This document shows positions 16,769-25,694 of a DNA stretch of 25,694 bases, one piece after another (positions within the stretch are counted from its first letter, which is position 1; each line of letters begins with the position of its first letter). Origin of the DNA: a virus (taxonomy: Duplodnaviria > Caudoviricetes). Under the pieces are notes generated by a model. It saw nothing but the letters and a program-made list of their open reading frames with translations. It did not search any database and was not told the origin of the DNA. The stretch is from the IMG/VR virus record IMGVR_UViG_3300016652_000041, positions 1 through 25,694 of that record; one strand, written 5' to 3'. The position numbers and the translations under genes are program-made.

Positions 16769-17102
16769 CGCATTTACCGCCATGGGCAAGACGGTCAAGC
16801 TGACTGCTGCCACTACCGCACCAAGCCCTGTTCAGGTGCCATCTTTTACGGTTGGTGGCAATCAGTACCGGGTGATTAACCTGTCGAGCAATACTGCTTG
16901 CTGGCTGGCCTATTCGCAGACTTCCGCTGACGCAGCCACTAATTGTGTGATTCCGACTGGCGCTGGTGCTAACAGCACAACGGTGCTGACTTTGCTGCCT
17001 CAGACGGATGAGATTCTGTCTTTTGTGCCCAATGCGTACTTCACGGCAATTACGTCATCTGGCACAGCAGACTTGTACATTACGCCCGGTGATGGGCTGT
17101 AA
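16758..17102 (+). CDS. Small beta-rich virion-like protein (paralogue of 25275..25634)
   Basis: Start set at ATG 16758 after AAGGGAGA; ends LYITPGDGL. Confidence 0.7.
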   Translation: MGINAFTAMGKTVKLTAATTAPSPVQVPSFTVGGNQYRVINLSSNTACWLAYSQTSADAATNCVIPTGAGANSTTVLTLLPQTDEILSFVPNAYFTAITSSGTADLYITPGDGL

Positions 17103-17112
17103 GGAGTAAACC

Positions 17113-17850
17113 ATGTTAAAGGCGTTAGGCGGCTTTGCATCATCTGGTGGTGGTGTTGGGGCAGTAACTTATAAGGGCACTTGGAACGCCTCTACAAACA
17201 CGCCTACGCTTGTCTCTAGCACCGGAACTCAGGGTGATTACTATGTGGTCAGCGTTGCCGGTACTACAAACCTGAATGGTATTACCGACTGGCAGATTGG
17301 TGACTGGGCCATCTTTAATGGCACGGTTTGGCAGAAAGTTGACAATACAGATGCGGTAACTTCTGTGAACGGGCAGGTTGGAACTGTTGTTCTAACCGCA
17401 GCCAACGTAGGAGCTACCCCTAATACCACCTTTGTACTAGCCGGAACAGGCATCAATGGTGGTGGACAGCTTAATGCCAACGTGACCATTGACTTGGCTA
17501 ACACGGCAGTAACCGCTGGCACTTATGGCAATGCAACACAAGTCGGGCAGGTTGTCATTGATGCACAAGGGCGCATCACCAATGCCTCTAATGTCACTAT
17601 TGCCATTTCTACATCTAATGTATCCGGCCTCGGAACAATGGCTACTCAAAACGCCAACTCCGTGGCAATCACAGGCGGTAACGTCAATAGTGTAATCATC
17701 AATTCAGCTACGTTAGTAAGCGCTAACATCTCTGCAACTACAGCAAATACGGCAGCGATGCCAGACCCAAGTCTTCCTTTGAACCCGGAAGGCTACATCA
17801 CAGTTTCTATTAATGGCACCAATAAGAAAATTCCTTATTACGGGGTATAA
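17113..17850 (+). CDS. Fibre-like structural protein
   Basis: YKGTWNASTNTPTL, GDYYVVSVAG, VTSVNGQVGTVVL, VTAGTYG..IDAQGRIT, GLGTMATQNAN repeats typical of phage fibres; RBS AAGGAG. Confidence 0.75.
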   Translation: MLKALGGFASSGGGVGAVTYKGTWNASTNTPTLVSSTGTQGDYYVVSVAGTTNLNGITDWQIGDWAIFNGTVWQKVDNTDAVTSVNGQVGTVVLTAANVGATPNTTFVLAGTGINGGGQLNANVTIDLANTAVTAGTYGNATQVGQVVIDAQGRITNASNVTIAISTSNVSGLGTMATQNANSVAITGGNVNSVIINSATLVSANISATTANTAAMPDPSLPLNPEGYITVSINGTNKKIPYYGV

Positions 17851-18084
17851 ATGGATGGTCAAACTTTAATCAATCTTGGATTTAGTGTTGGTGGCGTTCT
17901 CGGTGGGTGGATACTAAAAACCGTCTGGGATGAGATCAAACTGCTTCAGCACAATCAAAGAGAAATAGAACGCAACTTAACTGATAACTATGTTAAGCGT
18001 GATGACTATAAAGATGACATATACGAGATCAAGACGATGCTCAATGACATCTATAAAGAATTGCGTAACAAGGCAGACAAGTGA
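17851..18084 (+). CDS. Single-TM lysis-region protein (holin/antiholin-like)
   Basis: N-terminal hydrophobic helix, coiled coil, YVKRDDY motif; upstream of holin and endolysin. Confidence 0.6.
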   Translation: MDGQTLINLGFSVGGVLGGWILKTVWDEIKLLQHNQREIERNLTDNYVKRDDYKDDIYEIKTMLNDIYKELRNKADK

Positions 18085-18452
18085 TTGCGGAAACTATCAT
18101 TGGCGCTCTAGTACCTGTTGGTGTTGAAGGCATCAAGCAGGTGGTTGCCCGTTTCTTTGGCGGGGTAAGAGCAACAACGATAGATGAGCAGATCAAGTTA
18201 GATGAGAATGAAATCAAGCGTATTGAGGCACTGGCTCGACTGGATACTCCTATTGGCACTCCTAGCCAATGGGTTGTTGACCTTCGGGCCTCTGCTCGTT
18301 ACGTTGGTGCTCTAGTTGTTATTGCCGTTGGAATCATAACCATTCTGACAGGCACCGATGCCAAGGTGCAAGAGATAGCATTGCAGGCGGCAAATATTTC
18401 CTTTGGCTTCTTGTTTGGTAGTCGTATTGTGACTGGGTGGCAGAAAAAATGA
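18081..18452 (+). CDS. Putative holin (3-TM type)
   Basis: Hydrophobic segments, SQWVVDLRASAR and FGFLFGSR motifs; ATGA overlap with endolysin. Confidence 0.65.
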   Translation: MIAETIIGALVPVGVEGIKQVVARFFGGVRATTIDEQIKLDENEIKRIEALARLDTPIGTPSQWVVDLRASARYVGALVVIAVGIITILTGTDAKVQEIALQAANISFGFLFGSRIVTGWQKK

Positions 18453-18889
18453 CTTATCTGACTCCGCACTTTACTTTAGAGGAATTGAGTGCTTCAGAGA
18501 TTGCGGAGCGTCATGGTATTGACAATACTCCGCCAGAGGACGTAGAGGACAACCTCAAGCGGCTTGCAATGGCTCTTGAGGAGATCAGAGTCTTGCTTGG
18601 GGGGAGGCCCATACATGTTACCTCGGCGTATCGTAGCCCGGAGGTCAATCGGCTGGTCGGTTCAAAACCTACTTCTGACCACACTAAGGGCTTGGCAGCA
18701 GATTTTGTTTGTCCGTCTTTTGGCGGGCCAGACGATGTGGTACGGGCGATTCTTGCTTCTCCTATATCGTTCAAGCAAGTTATTAGAGAGTTTGATCGCT
18801 GGACGCACTTCTCAATACCAGAGCAAGGAGAGGAGCCGAGGAAGCAAGCACTCATCATAGATAAGACAGGAACAAGAGGTTACGCATAA
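18449..18889 (+). CDS. Endolysin, peptidase M15A family
   Basis: LTPHFTLEEL, SAYRSPEVNRLVG, SDHTKGLAAD (H-x6-D) and WTH zinc ligands. Start set at ATG 18449. Confidence 0.88.
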   Translation: MTYLTPHFTLEELSASEIAERHGIDNTPPEDVEDNLKRLAMALEEIRVLLGGRPIHVTSAYRSPEVNRLVGSKPTSDHTKGLAADFVCPSFGGPDDVVRAILASPISFKQVIREFDRWTHFSIPEQGEEPRKQALIIDKTGTRGYA

Positions 18890-19230
18890 TGAATCTCGAT
18901 GACCTAGCTACGGTTCAGTATGGAGATGATGAGGGATTCAACAGGTTTTTGTTTGAGAACTACCTGCAGCACATACTCTTTAAGGATGTGTTAGCAGGCG
19001 CTAACATAGTCATACCGCAGTACCCAATAGCCGATGCAGACCCAACAGATGTGGATGATTGGCTATTGGCGCATCAGCAAGAGCATCAGGCGATTTCAGC
19101 CGCCCTTGGTCTTGACAACCCGATCAATTTGTTAGATACAGATTGGAGAAAAGAGGGTGATTTTTACGATTGGCTGAATAACCACTATTTGTTGCATACA
19201 CAGATCATAACAAGACTGGGACTCACATAA
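18889..19230 (+). CDS. Hypothetical acidic, His-rich helical protein
   Basis: TAATG coupling on both sides; repeated DWL..H...H motif. Confidence 0.7.
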   Translation: MNLDDLATVQYGDDEGFNRFLFENYLQHILFKDVLAGANIVIPQYPIADADPTDVDDWLLAHQQEHQAISAALGLDNPINLLDTDWRKEGDFYDWLNNHYLLHTQIITRLGLT

Positions 19231-19688
19231 TGGCACAACCAGACGTAATGAAACTGCTAGAGAAAGAACAGGGTAAGGCACCTCGTCTTTCTACTCAAGA
19301 AATTGTACAGGAAAGTCTACGCCGTACTGGTGAGGAGGATCAGTTTGAAGACCTCTATGGGCGTATGCAGTCGGCTTTGAAGACACCTCAGTTCAGAATT
19401 ATGCGTTCTGGAAACACTCTGTTGTTTTACAAGATTGTAACGCCAAAAGATACAGTAGAGTTCGACATCTTGACTGCAGACTCTCCCAAAGAGTTGCTCA
19501 ATAGTCTAAAAGACTTGATGGAGGCCATGAAGAAAGCAGGCTTCAAGCGTGGCATTGCCAAGACCGAAAATACCAATCTAGTGAACATAGCCAACTCTGC
19601 AGGCATCCCCGTACAGGTCAAGATGGGGGAGCGCATGATGGGCGATCAAATGGTTCCAACACAAATCGTGGAAGTGGGGTTGCAATAA
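19230..19688 (+). CDS. Hypothetical protein, possible GNAT-like fold preceding ejection genes
   Basis: Position before ejection block and alpha/beta pattern (MKKAGFKRGIAKT); fold is an inference. Confidence 0.55.
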   Translation: MAQPDVMKLLEKEQGKAPRLSTQEIVQESLRRTGEEDQFEDLYGRMQSALKTPQFRIMRSGNTLLFYKIVTPKDTVEFDILTADSPKELLNSLKDLMEAMKKAGFKRGIAKTENTNLVNIANSAGIPVQVKMGERMMGDQMVPTQIVEVGLQ

Positions 19689-20542
19689 TGGGTGGCGTTG
19701 TTAGAGCAGTTGAAAAAACCGCTAAAGCAATTATTGAGAACCCATTGCCGGTTATTGAGACAATTGCTTTGACCGCTATTGGGGTTCCGCCTCCTGTTGC
19801 ATCAGCCGTTGTGAGCGCTGCCAACGGTGGCGACATGGGCGACATTGCCAAATCCTATGTCGGTGCTGAACTTGGTGGTCAAGTAGCCGGTGAAGTAGGC
19901 GGTCAAGTGGCTGGTGCTGTAGACCCTGCTGTACAACAAATTATTGAATCGGCAACTGCCGGTGCGGTAAAAAGTGCCGTAACGGGTGGTGATGTTGGTG
20001 AAGGTGCGGTTACTGGTGCGGTTAGTTCTGGTATCAAGAAGGGCATTGACTATGTAGGAGATCAGTTTGCAGAGCCATTAGGGACGGGTATCACGCCCGG
20101 AGCCGGTGGTGAGACTGGTCTTACGCCTAGAGTTCCAGAGCTGCCTGCTGCTGGCGATATTGGGACTACGCCTGTGGACTATTCATTTGTCCCTCCAAGC
20201 CAGACAACTGCTCCCGGCATGGGTGGCGCTCAGGGTACTGGCATCACCGCTACAACCCTGCCTGAGCCTCCCTCACCTACAGAGGAGTTTGGCAAAGAGG
20301 CTGTGAAAGCAGGTGAGTCCTTACTAACTAGTGCTTTGACTAGAGGCGTTACAGATTCAATTTATGGAGGTTCGCAGCCCACCTCTACCTCTGCATTGAC
20401 ATCGACTGGTCTATTCCAGCCGGTATCTATTGTTCCCACTTCTTCTACTGGTATTGCCCCTGTTGCACGGGGTGCGCCAATCCTCGGTGGTGAGGATGAG
20501 GAAGCAACTGGTGTTTGGGGTAGAAAGACTCTGAGAGGATAA
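19688..20542 (+). CDS. Putative internal virion/ejection protein
   Basis: G/A-rich N-terminal helices starting MGG; low-complexity P/T/G C-terminal half. Confidence 0.55.
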   Translation: MGGVVRAVEKTAKAIIENPLPVIETIALTAIGVPPPVASAVVSAANGGDMGDIAKSYVGAELGGQVAGEVGGQVAGAVDPAVQQIIESATAGAVKSAVTGGDVGEGAVTGAVSSGIKKGIDYVGDQFAEPLGTGITPGAGGETGLTPRVPELPAAGDIGTTPVDYSFVPPSQTTAPGMGGAQGTGITATTLPEPPSPTEEFGKEAVKAGESLLTSALTRGVTDSIYGGSQPTSTSALTSTGLFQPVSIVPTSSTGIAPVARGAPILGGEDEEATGVWGRKTLRG

Positions 20543-20544
20543 GT

Positions 20545-21579
20545 ATGAGCAAATTAGCGGCCTTATTGGGTGGAATGACCCTAAATGATTTAGCCAAAGA
20601 GGTTCTGCAACTGCAGGGTCGGCGTGGCGATACTCAGCTTGCTCACATCAACAAGCGTGAGGCTGCTTTGCTTAAAGACGCTGGTGGCTCTGGAACTATT
20701 AACCCAAACACGGGTATGCAAGAGTTCTATGAGGACGCTTACGATATTGGCGGAGAGCAATATCTTGGTCAAAGTTTCGATACAAGCACTCCTGAACCCT
20801 CTTACGGTGCTGCTATGTATGACCGTGACTTCGATATTGGTACTGTTGGGCAACCCACCCCCCAAGTGGGTGGGGGGCAACTTTCTGCCCCGCCCCAAGA
20901 AAATTTCGGTTTTGACCAGATAGGTGAATCCTACGCAGTTCCCGGTGTAATCCCCGGTGCAGCACCATCTCCATATACAGGAGTTCCCGGTCTGCCAGCG
21001 CAGGGTGAAACCTTTTCGTATGAACCCAGTTTCCAAGACACCCTGTCTGACATTGGTGGTCAGGCTAAAGAGTTCCTCAAGCAACCCGGAGTGGCCCGTG
21101 CTGCTACTGCTGCCGCACTTGGTGTACCCGGATTGGTGGCTGCTCGTCAGGCTCGTCAGGAAGCGGCTAAGACCCGTGCTGAGATGGAGAGAATGGCTGC
21201 ACCAATTCGTCAGACTGGTGAGCAATTATTGCAAGCAGGTCAGGCTGGTACATTGACTGCCCCGCAGCAGCAACAAGTACAAGCGCTACAGGCTGCTCAG
21301 GCTCAGGCTAGGGTTAGGCGTGGTGCGACAAGTGGAACGGCACAGGCTCAAGATCAAGCCCGTGTAGCAGAGTTTGTCCAAAGGTTAGCGCAGACTAACA
21401 TTGACAATGGTGTGCGTCTGATTGGTGCTGCCAACTCCTATAACGCTACTGCCATTCAAAATGCCTATCGGATGAATCAGGATGCCAATACCCTGACTCA
21501 GAATTACTTTACAAATCTGATGAGAGCAGCAGGCGCACTGCCTAGCCCGACAACCACCACGACTACGACTCAGGGCTAA
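20545..21579 (+). CDS. Putative internal virion/ejection protein
   Basis: GRRGDTQLAHIN..EAALLK..GGSGTINPNTG..EFY motif recurrent in phage proteins; Q/A-rich helical C-terminus. Confidence 0.6.
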   Translation: MSKLAALLGGMTLNDLAKEVLQLQGRRGDTQLAHINKREAALLKDAGGSGTINPNTGMQEFYEDAYDIGGEQYLGQSFDTSTPEPSYGAAMYDRDFDIGTVGQPTPQVGGGQLSAPPQENFGFDQIGESYAVPGVIPGAAPSPYTGVPGLPAQGETFSYEPSFQDTLSDIGGQAKEFLKQPGVARAATAAALGVPGLVAARQARQEAAKTRAEMERMAAPIRQTGEQLLQAGQAGTLTAPQQQQVQALQAAQAQARVRRGATSGTAQAQDQARVAEFVQRLAQTNIDNGVRLIGAANSYNATAIQNAYRMNQDANTLTQNYFTNLMRAAGALPSPTTTTTTTQG

Positions 21580-21581
21580 AA

Positions 21582-22913
21582 ATGGCTGAAACGACACCCA
21601 CCAAAGATACCGGAGCTGTTCAGCAGCTTGTATCGCCTGATGCTTTTCGTCTAGGCCCACCTCCTCCGTTGCCTGATTACAAGCGTCTGAAGGAGGCGGG
21701 AGAAAAGTCTGTTCGCTCACAGGAGGCGTTCAAAAGAGAAACGGAACGTGCTGAATCCGAGGCTCTAGGCAAAGAAGCAAAGATGATTACGGATCGTGCT
21801 GCTGCCCAAGAGAGAGAGATTGCTGCTGCACAACAAAAACTTGCCGAACAGAAGCCTTATTTAGAGCCTACTAAAGAGAACTTTAATGACTTTGCGACCA
21901 TGTTTTCAGTCCTTTCTGCCCTCTCGTTTGCTGTTGGAGGCAAGGGGCGTGGGCATGGAATGGGTGCGCTTTCTGCTCTAAATGGTGCTGTAGAAGGTTG
22001 GAACAAGGGGAGAAAAGACTTGTTCGACCGAAACATGAAAGAATTTGAAAAGCAATTGGCTGCTTACAAGAATACTTCTGAAGAAGTTTACAAGAACCTA
22101 AAACTTGGATTTGAACTTGGCGGCATGAGAACTGAGGCTGGCAGGGCGCAGATCAAGCAGGCGCAACTGATGGACAATGGTGTGATCGCCGCCCGTTTGC
22201 AGGCTGGTCAAGATCAAGAAGCGCTCAAACAGGCAGAGCAGAATGTAGCGCAAGCCGAAAAGTTGGAAATCGCTTACAACAGGAAAAAAGAGGAAACTGC
22301 CAAAGGAATCCAGCAAAGATTCATGGCTCAACGTTCTATAAACGCCCTTGGAGGCGTGGCTTCTGCCCTAGAGAACATTGGAAGTCTGCCTGCTGGAACG
22401 ACAACTGGAATCTTGCCTAACTTACAGACTAAGGATGGCATGATTAACGCTATTCGTAATGCTGCTGGCAGAAAGATTAGCAGCAAAGAAGCGCAGGCTA
22501 TGGAAGTCCTGTTTACTGGTGTTGCTCGTAACTTGGCAGCGATTGAAGCGTCTGGTGCCGCTACTGGCTTGGTAGGCTTGGCTGTTCAGATGGAAAAACT
22601 GATTCCAAAACCCGGAGATACGACCTCCACTCTGGCTATCAAGCTGTCAGATATGCGGCGTATTGCTGTGGAAAACATTATGCCTCTCATCGAATCTGGA
22701 CTGCTATCCAAAGAGCAGGAGGCCAGCGCCAGAGTTCTTGTTTCTCGCATCGAAAGGGCTATCCCGTACACCAACGAGGACGTTCTCAATGCGCTTGGCA
22801 GGGGCAGGAAGACTATGGTTGAAAAGGGTTCTGAGTACGCTGGTGGTGGATCGGATATTGAAAAGCAAAGACGTTTGGAAGAATTGAGGAGGAAACAAAG
22901 TGGCGCTCAGTGA
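21582..22913 (+). CDS. Putative internal virion/ejection protein (coiled coil)
   Basis: Long charged helices with one hydrophobic G/A segment; position in block. Confidence 0.6.
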   Translation: MAETTPTKDTGAVQQLVSPDAFRLGPPPPLPDYKRLKEAGEKSVRSQEAFKRETERAESEALGKEAKMITDRAAAQEREIAAAQQKLAEQKPYLEPTKENFNDFATMFSVLSALSFAVGGKGRGHGMGALSALNGAVEGWNKGRKDLFDRNMKEFEKQLAAYKNTSEEVYKNLKLGFELGGMRTEAGRAQIKQAQLMDNGVIAARLQAGQDQEALKQAEQNVAQAEKLEIAYNRKKEETAKGIQQRFMAQRSINALGGVASALENIGSLPAGTTTGILPNLQTKDGMINAIRNAAGRKISSKEAQAMEVLFTGVARNLAAIEASGAATGLVGLAVQMEKLIPKPGDTTSTLAIKLSDMRRIAVENIMPLIESGLLSKEQEASARVLVSRIERAIPYTNEDVLNALGRGRKTMVEKGSEYAGGGSDIEKQRRLEELRRKQSGAQ

Positions 22914-24324
22914 CCAAGAACAAGCCGAATTAAAACGGTTAGAGGATTGGGAAAAAACTCGGCGGCGCTCTACTGTTGACCCCGGTGAGCCAACACAAGC
23001 GCAAAAGTTGGGTGCTCTGGCCTATGGTGGTGTCACAGGTCTAGCAGGATCACTGGGTGAGCTTGAAAAGTTTGGTGCATACGATATTCCTCGTTTTGCT
23101 GGATTTCGTGATGAAGGCGAACCAAAAAACAAGTTCTTGGGCAGGGAAACGATATTTCCCACCATCTCGGAGGCCAAAAAAGGGTTGTCCTATCTTGGCA
23201 TCAAAGAGCCGGGAGAGGAACTAAAGACACAAAAAGAGATTGGTGAGTTTGTTGGTGGCATGTTGCCGGTTACCCCCTCTGCGGTTAAAGGAACTGCCAA
23301 AGTACTGTTGGGAACCCCAAGCAAGACGGGTGAGGCAATTGCTCGTAAAGCAGAATCCCTTGGATTCAAACTATCACCCGCCCAAGTGCGTGCTGACATT
23401 CCTACACCAGCCAAAGGCGCTACCTTCAATGCTGCTAAGAATCAGAGCCTAGCCAACAAACTGGCTTCTGCCTCTACAGGAAAAGAAGCAAGCGAGATAA
23501 GCGAGGGATTCATCCGTGGTCGCTTGAAGACTCTTGGTGGCGAATTTGACAAGTTATACAAAGGCAAAACTTTCCGCATTGATCCAGATGCGGTGCAAGC
23601 CATTGAGAACATTCGGGTGGCAGAGGCAGCATCTCCCGGCATTTCTGGCACATCTGCCGTTTCCCGCACTGCCGATGACATCATCAACAACTTTAGGAAC
23701 CTTGCCTCTGGCCCCGGTGCCAAGCCTAATACGTTTGGCATTGAGGGGGAGGCTTTGCAGCGCTTACGGACTTCTTTATTAGAGCGTGCCCGGTCTACTA
23801 CCAGCCGTTCTGATGCACATGAGATTTACAACCTGATTGATGTGATTGATGCCTCTGTAGCCAAGAATCATCCAGAAGTTGCCGAGAAACTATCTGTTCT
23901 GCGTCCCCAATACCGCAATACGATCATTCTGGAAGACTTGCAAAGACGAGGTGGCATCAAGCAAGGAAACATCAGCCTGAACCAACTGGGCGATATGTTG
24001 CGTGGCAAAAGAGATGCCCTGCGCCGCACAGGAAACGATATTGATGAACTTGGTCAATTAGGGCGTGAACTCCAACTCAAGGCACGGTGGGAGACTGAGG
24101 GCAAGGCTGCTCTGGCAGGTCAAGACGTTCTCGGCAAAGTTCTTGGAACGGGTACTGACATTGCCTCTACTGTGACTGGATTGCGTTCAAGGCCAGCCCG
24201 TGCTGTACAGAGATTTTATGCAGGACAACCAGAGACGTTATTGAAATTAAGACCCGGCCTAGCGACTGCTCCAAAAGCTATCGCTGCTGGAACTGTAACC
24301 AGACCATTGCAAGAGGAGGAGTAG
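22900..24324 (+). CDS. Putative DNA transfer/ejection protein (P22 gp16-like position)
   Basis: [16 protein letters not shown] and helical repeats typical of ejection proteins; last large gene of block. Confidence 0.55.
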   Translation: MALSDQEQAELKRLEDWEKTRRRSTVDPGEPTQAQKLGALAYGGVTGLAGSLGELEKFGAYDIPRFAGFRDEGEPKNKFLGRETIFPTISEAKKGLSYLGIKEPGEELKTQKEIGEFVGGMLPVTPSAVKGTAKVLLGTPSKTGEAIARKAESLGFKLSPAQVRADIPTPAKGATFNAAKNQSLANKLASASTGKEASEISEGFIRGRLKTLGGEFDKLYKGKTFRIDPDAVQAIENIRVAEAASPGISGTSAVSRTADDIINNFRNLASGPGAKPNTFGIEGEALQRLRTSLLERARSTTSRSDAHEIYNLIDVIDASVAKNHPEVAEKLSVLRPQYRNTIILEDLQRRGGIKQGNISLNQLGDMLRGKRDALRRTGNDIDELGQLGRELQLKARWETEGKAALAGQDVLGKVLGTGTDIASTVTGLRSRPARAVQRFYAGQPETLLKLRPGLATAPKAIAAGTVTRPLQEEE

Positions 24325-24326
24325 CC

Positions 24327-24467
24327 ATGCCGATGAAAAAAGGTGCTAGTAGCAAAACCGTTTCCGAGAACATCAGCCGTGAGGTGAAGCGTGGCAAGCC
24401 ACAAAAGCAGGCTGTCGCTATGGCTCTTGCCAGCGCTCGTAAATACAAGCGGAAGGCAAAAAGATGA
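24327..24467 (+). CDS. Small basic conserved phage protein (46 aa; not in ORF track)
   Basis: [46 protein letters not shown]; RBS GAGGAG; resembles the widespread PxKKG..QKQAVAIAL family. Confidence 0.8.
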   Translation: MPMKKGASSKTVSENISREVKRGKPQKQAVAMALASARKYKRKAKR

Positions 24468-24616
24468 AAACCAAACCCTACTATGAGATGAACGAGAAGG
24501 AAAAGCGTGCTGCTGATAAAGAGGCAAGCCGCAACTCTGCCAATGAGACTGCTGGCATCCCTACCCCCGCACGTTCAACTGTCCGTAAAAGCAAAGCAAG
24601 GAAGGCTACCCGGTGA
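24464..24616 (+). CDS. Small protein with basic C-terminal tail (50 aa; not in ORF track)
   Basis: ATGA and GTGA overlaps with both neighbours; [50 protein letters not shown]. Confidence 0.75.
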   Translation: MKTKPYYEMNEKEKRAADKEASRNSANETAGIPTPARSTVRKSKARKATR

Positions 24617-24813
24617 GTAAGAAAAAGACCGGGATCAATCCTGACTTAGAGAAGGCCATTTCTGACCTGCTCAAGTCAACTATGTCTGACCCTACTGCCT
24701 CTCTGAATGACAAGACCAAGATCATCGACAGAGCCTTGAAACTAGAGGCTATCAAGCAGAAAGCATCCGATGAGGAGTGGGGTGCAGCGTTTACTGGCGA
24801 GGATGAGGAGTAG
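24613..24813 (+). CDS. Small helical hypothetical protein with acidic tail
   Basis: GTG start overlapping previous stop; two amphipathic helices. Confidence 0.7.
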   Translation: MSKKKTGINPDLEKAISDLLKSTMSDPTASLNDKTKIIDRALKLEAIKQKASDEEWGAAFTGEDEE

Positions 24814-24854
24814 TACAATGGTGCATCATAACAACACTAAGAAGGAGAGTTATT

Positions 24855-25073
24855 ATGGATGCACAGATGTTGAAGGTGATTCGGCTAGCCATCATGGTTC
24901 TTGGAGACAGGCTCTTGACTATTCTCAGTCTATCCATGACATTCGGATTAGCTTGTTGGGTGATGACGGAGCCCACTTGGGAAAGAATGGCTATGGCAGC
25001 GTTTTTCGCAGTAGTTGTGTTCATCCCCACGGCAATCAAGGAAAGGCGTAAACATGAAAGTACAGATGAGTAA
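24855..25073 (+). CDS. Two-TM membrane protein
   Basis: RBS AAGGAG; two hydrophobic helices and charged C-terminus. Confidence 0.7.
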   Translation: MDAQMLKVIRLAIMVLGDRLLTILSLSMTFGLACWVMTEPTWERMAMAAFFAVVVFIPTAIKERRKHESTDE

Positions 25074-25275
25074 GGTAGAGGCCACGGTAGTTACTGAGAA
25101 GTCCCGTGTTCGCCCTCAGAGGGTTGAAACCCCGATGGATGCTTATGGCAATCCTCGTCCCACCCGCACTCAACCGTGGGGAGGCTTTGTAGGCACATGG
25201 TGCTGGAGTGATTCTTACAACCAGCAGAAGTCGCCCACCTCTAAGCCCGGAAACGCCAAGGTGGGGAAGAAGTAA
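25054..25275 (+). CDS. Hypothetical protein
   Basis: Start set at ATG 25054 after GAAAGG; TAATG coupling to next gene. Confidence 0.65.
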   Translation: MKVQMSKVEATVVTEKSRVRPQRVETPMDAYGNPRPTRTQPWGGFVGTWCWSDSYNQQKSPTSKPGNAKVGKK

Positions 25276-25634
25276 TGGCTAACAATATCGCCTTTCAGCC
25301 GATGGGCAAGACGATACAGTTAACTGCTAATGCGGTTACTGCCAACGTTGCCACCATTTATTCAGACAGCCCATCGAACCAATACCTTGTTGTCAGCCAT
25401 GAGAAGACCAATGGCACTGGCAACCCTGTCTACATCAGAATTGCGGATACTGCTGCAAATGTGGCGATCCCGACTGGCTCTGGGAACAATGCTGCATACG
25501 GTATTCCCATTCCACCGGGACAAATGTTTGTCTTTACTGGCCCTCAGTGCAGTACGACTAAGCCTGCTTATGTATCTGTCATTTCTGAGAGTGATAGCCC
25601 TGAGTTGTACATCACTCCGGGTGAAGGCTTGTAA
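25275..25634 (+). CDS. Small beta-rich virion-like protein (paralogue of 16758..17102)
   Basis: AFQPMGKTIQLTA start and LYITPGEGL end match the 16758 protein. Confidence 0.75.
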   Translation: MANNIAFQPMGKTIQLTANAVTANVATIYSDSPSNQYLVVSHEKTNGTGNPVYIRIADTAANVAIPTGSGNNAAYGIPIPPGQMFVFTGPQCSTTKPAYVSVISESDSPELYITPGEGL

Positions 25635-25694
25635 TGCCTCGTAAGAAGTTTCCCAATCTGTCAGTCGGGCGTGGCGAGAAGCTACCCGTCAGCC
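25634..25694 (+). CDS. 5' fragment of a basic conserved phage protein (truncated by window)
   Basis: TAATG coupling; MPRKKFPNLSVGRGEKLPVS... open to window end. Confidence 0.65.
   Translation, partial: MPRKKFPNLSVGRGEKLPVS

Noticed and set aside
12416-17850. Enrichment of N-X-S/T sequons as evidence for N-glycosylation
   Set aside because: Hand counts (about 10 of 38 Asn in 12416 and 10 of 27 in 17113) are near what the high Ser/Thr content predicts.
24790-24819. Sigma70 promoter TTTACT-18-TACAAT before 24855
   Set aside because: Plausible but suboptimal and mostly inside a CDS; too weak to list without TSS data.
1167-25039. Numerous minus-strand and alternate-frame ORFs in the track
   Set aside because: They lie within well-supported, tightly coupled plus-strand genes and lack RBS or motifs; treated as shadow ORFs.

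Overview
A 25.7 kb segment of a tailed dsDNA phage with podovirus-like architecture (no tape measure, sheath or tube gene; ejection-protein block present). One leftward gene (26-352) is separated by a ~550 bp control region from a rightward late operon: GT2 glycosyltransferase, large terminase, portal, scaffold-like protein, major capsid, two decoration-like proteins, adaptor and nozzle-like tail proteins, fibre genes interrupted by a free-standing endonuclease VII-type homing endonuclease, a holin/M15 endolysin cassette, putative ejection proteins and small basic proteins. No integrase, tRNA, rRNA or CRISPR array was seen. Main signals outside the ORF track: (1) a 16-bp quasi-palindrome GTDAGY-N4-RCTHAC found at least 11 times, seven of them inside genes, resembling binding sites of the nucleoid-occlusion factor SlmA; (2) two 13-14 aa Arg/Lys-rich micro-ORFs (MYAKKMKRGRKTRR, MARKARKGRKARK) with strong ribosome-binding sites, interleaved with RNA structures between the portal and head genes; (3) an origin/packaging-like region with a DnaA box, IHF site, sigma54-like elements and AT-rich palindromes. 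All product calls come from motif recognition and gene order, not database searches.
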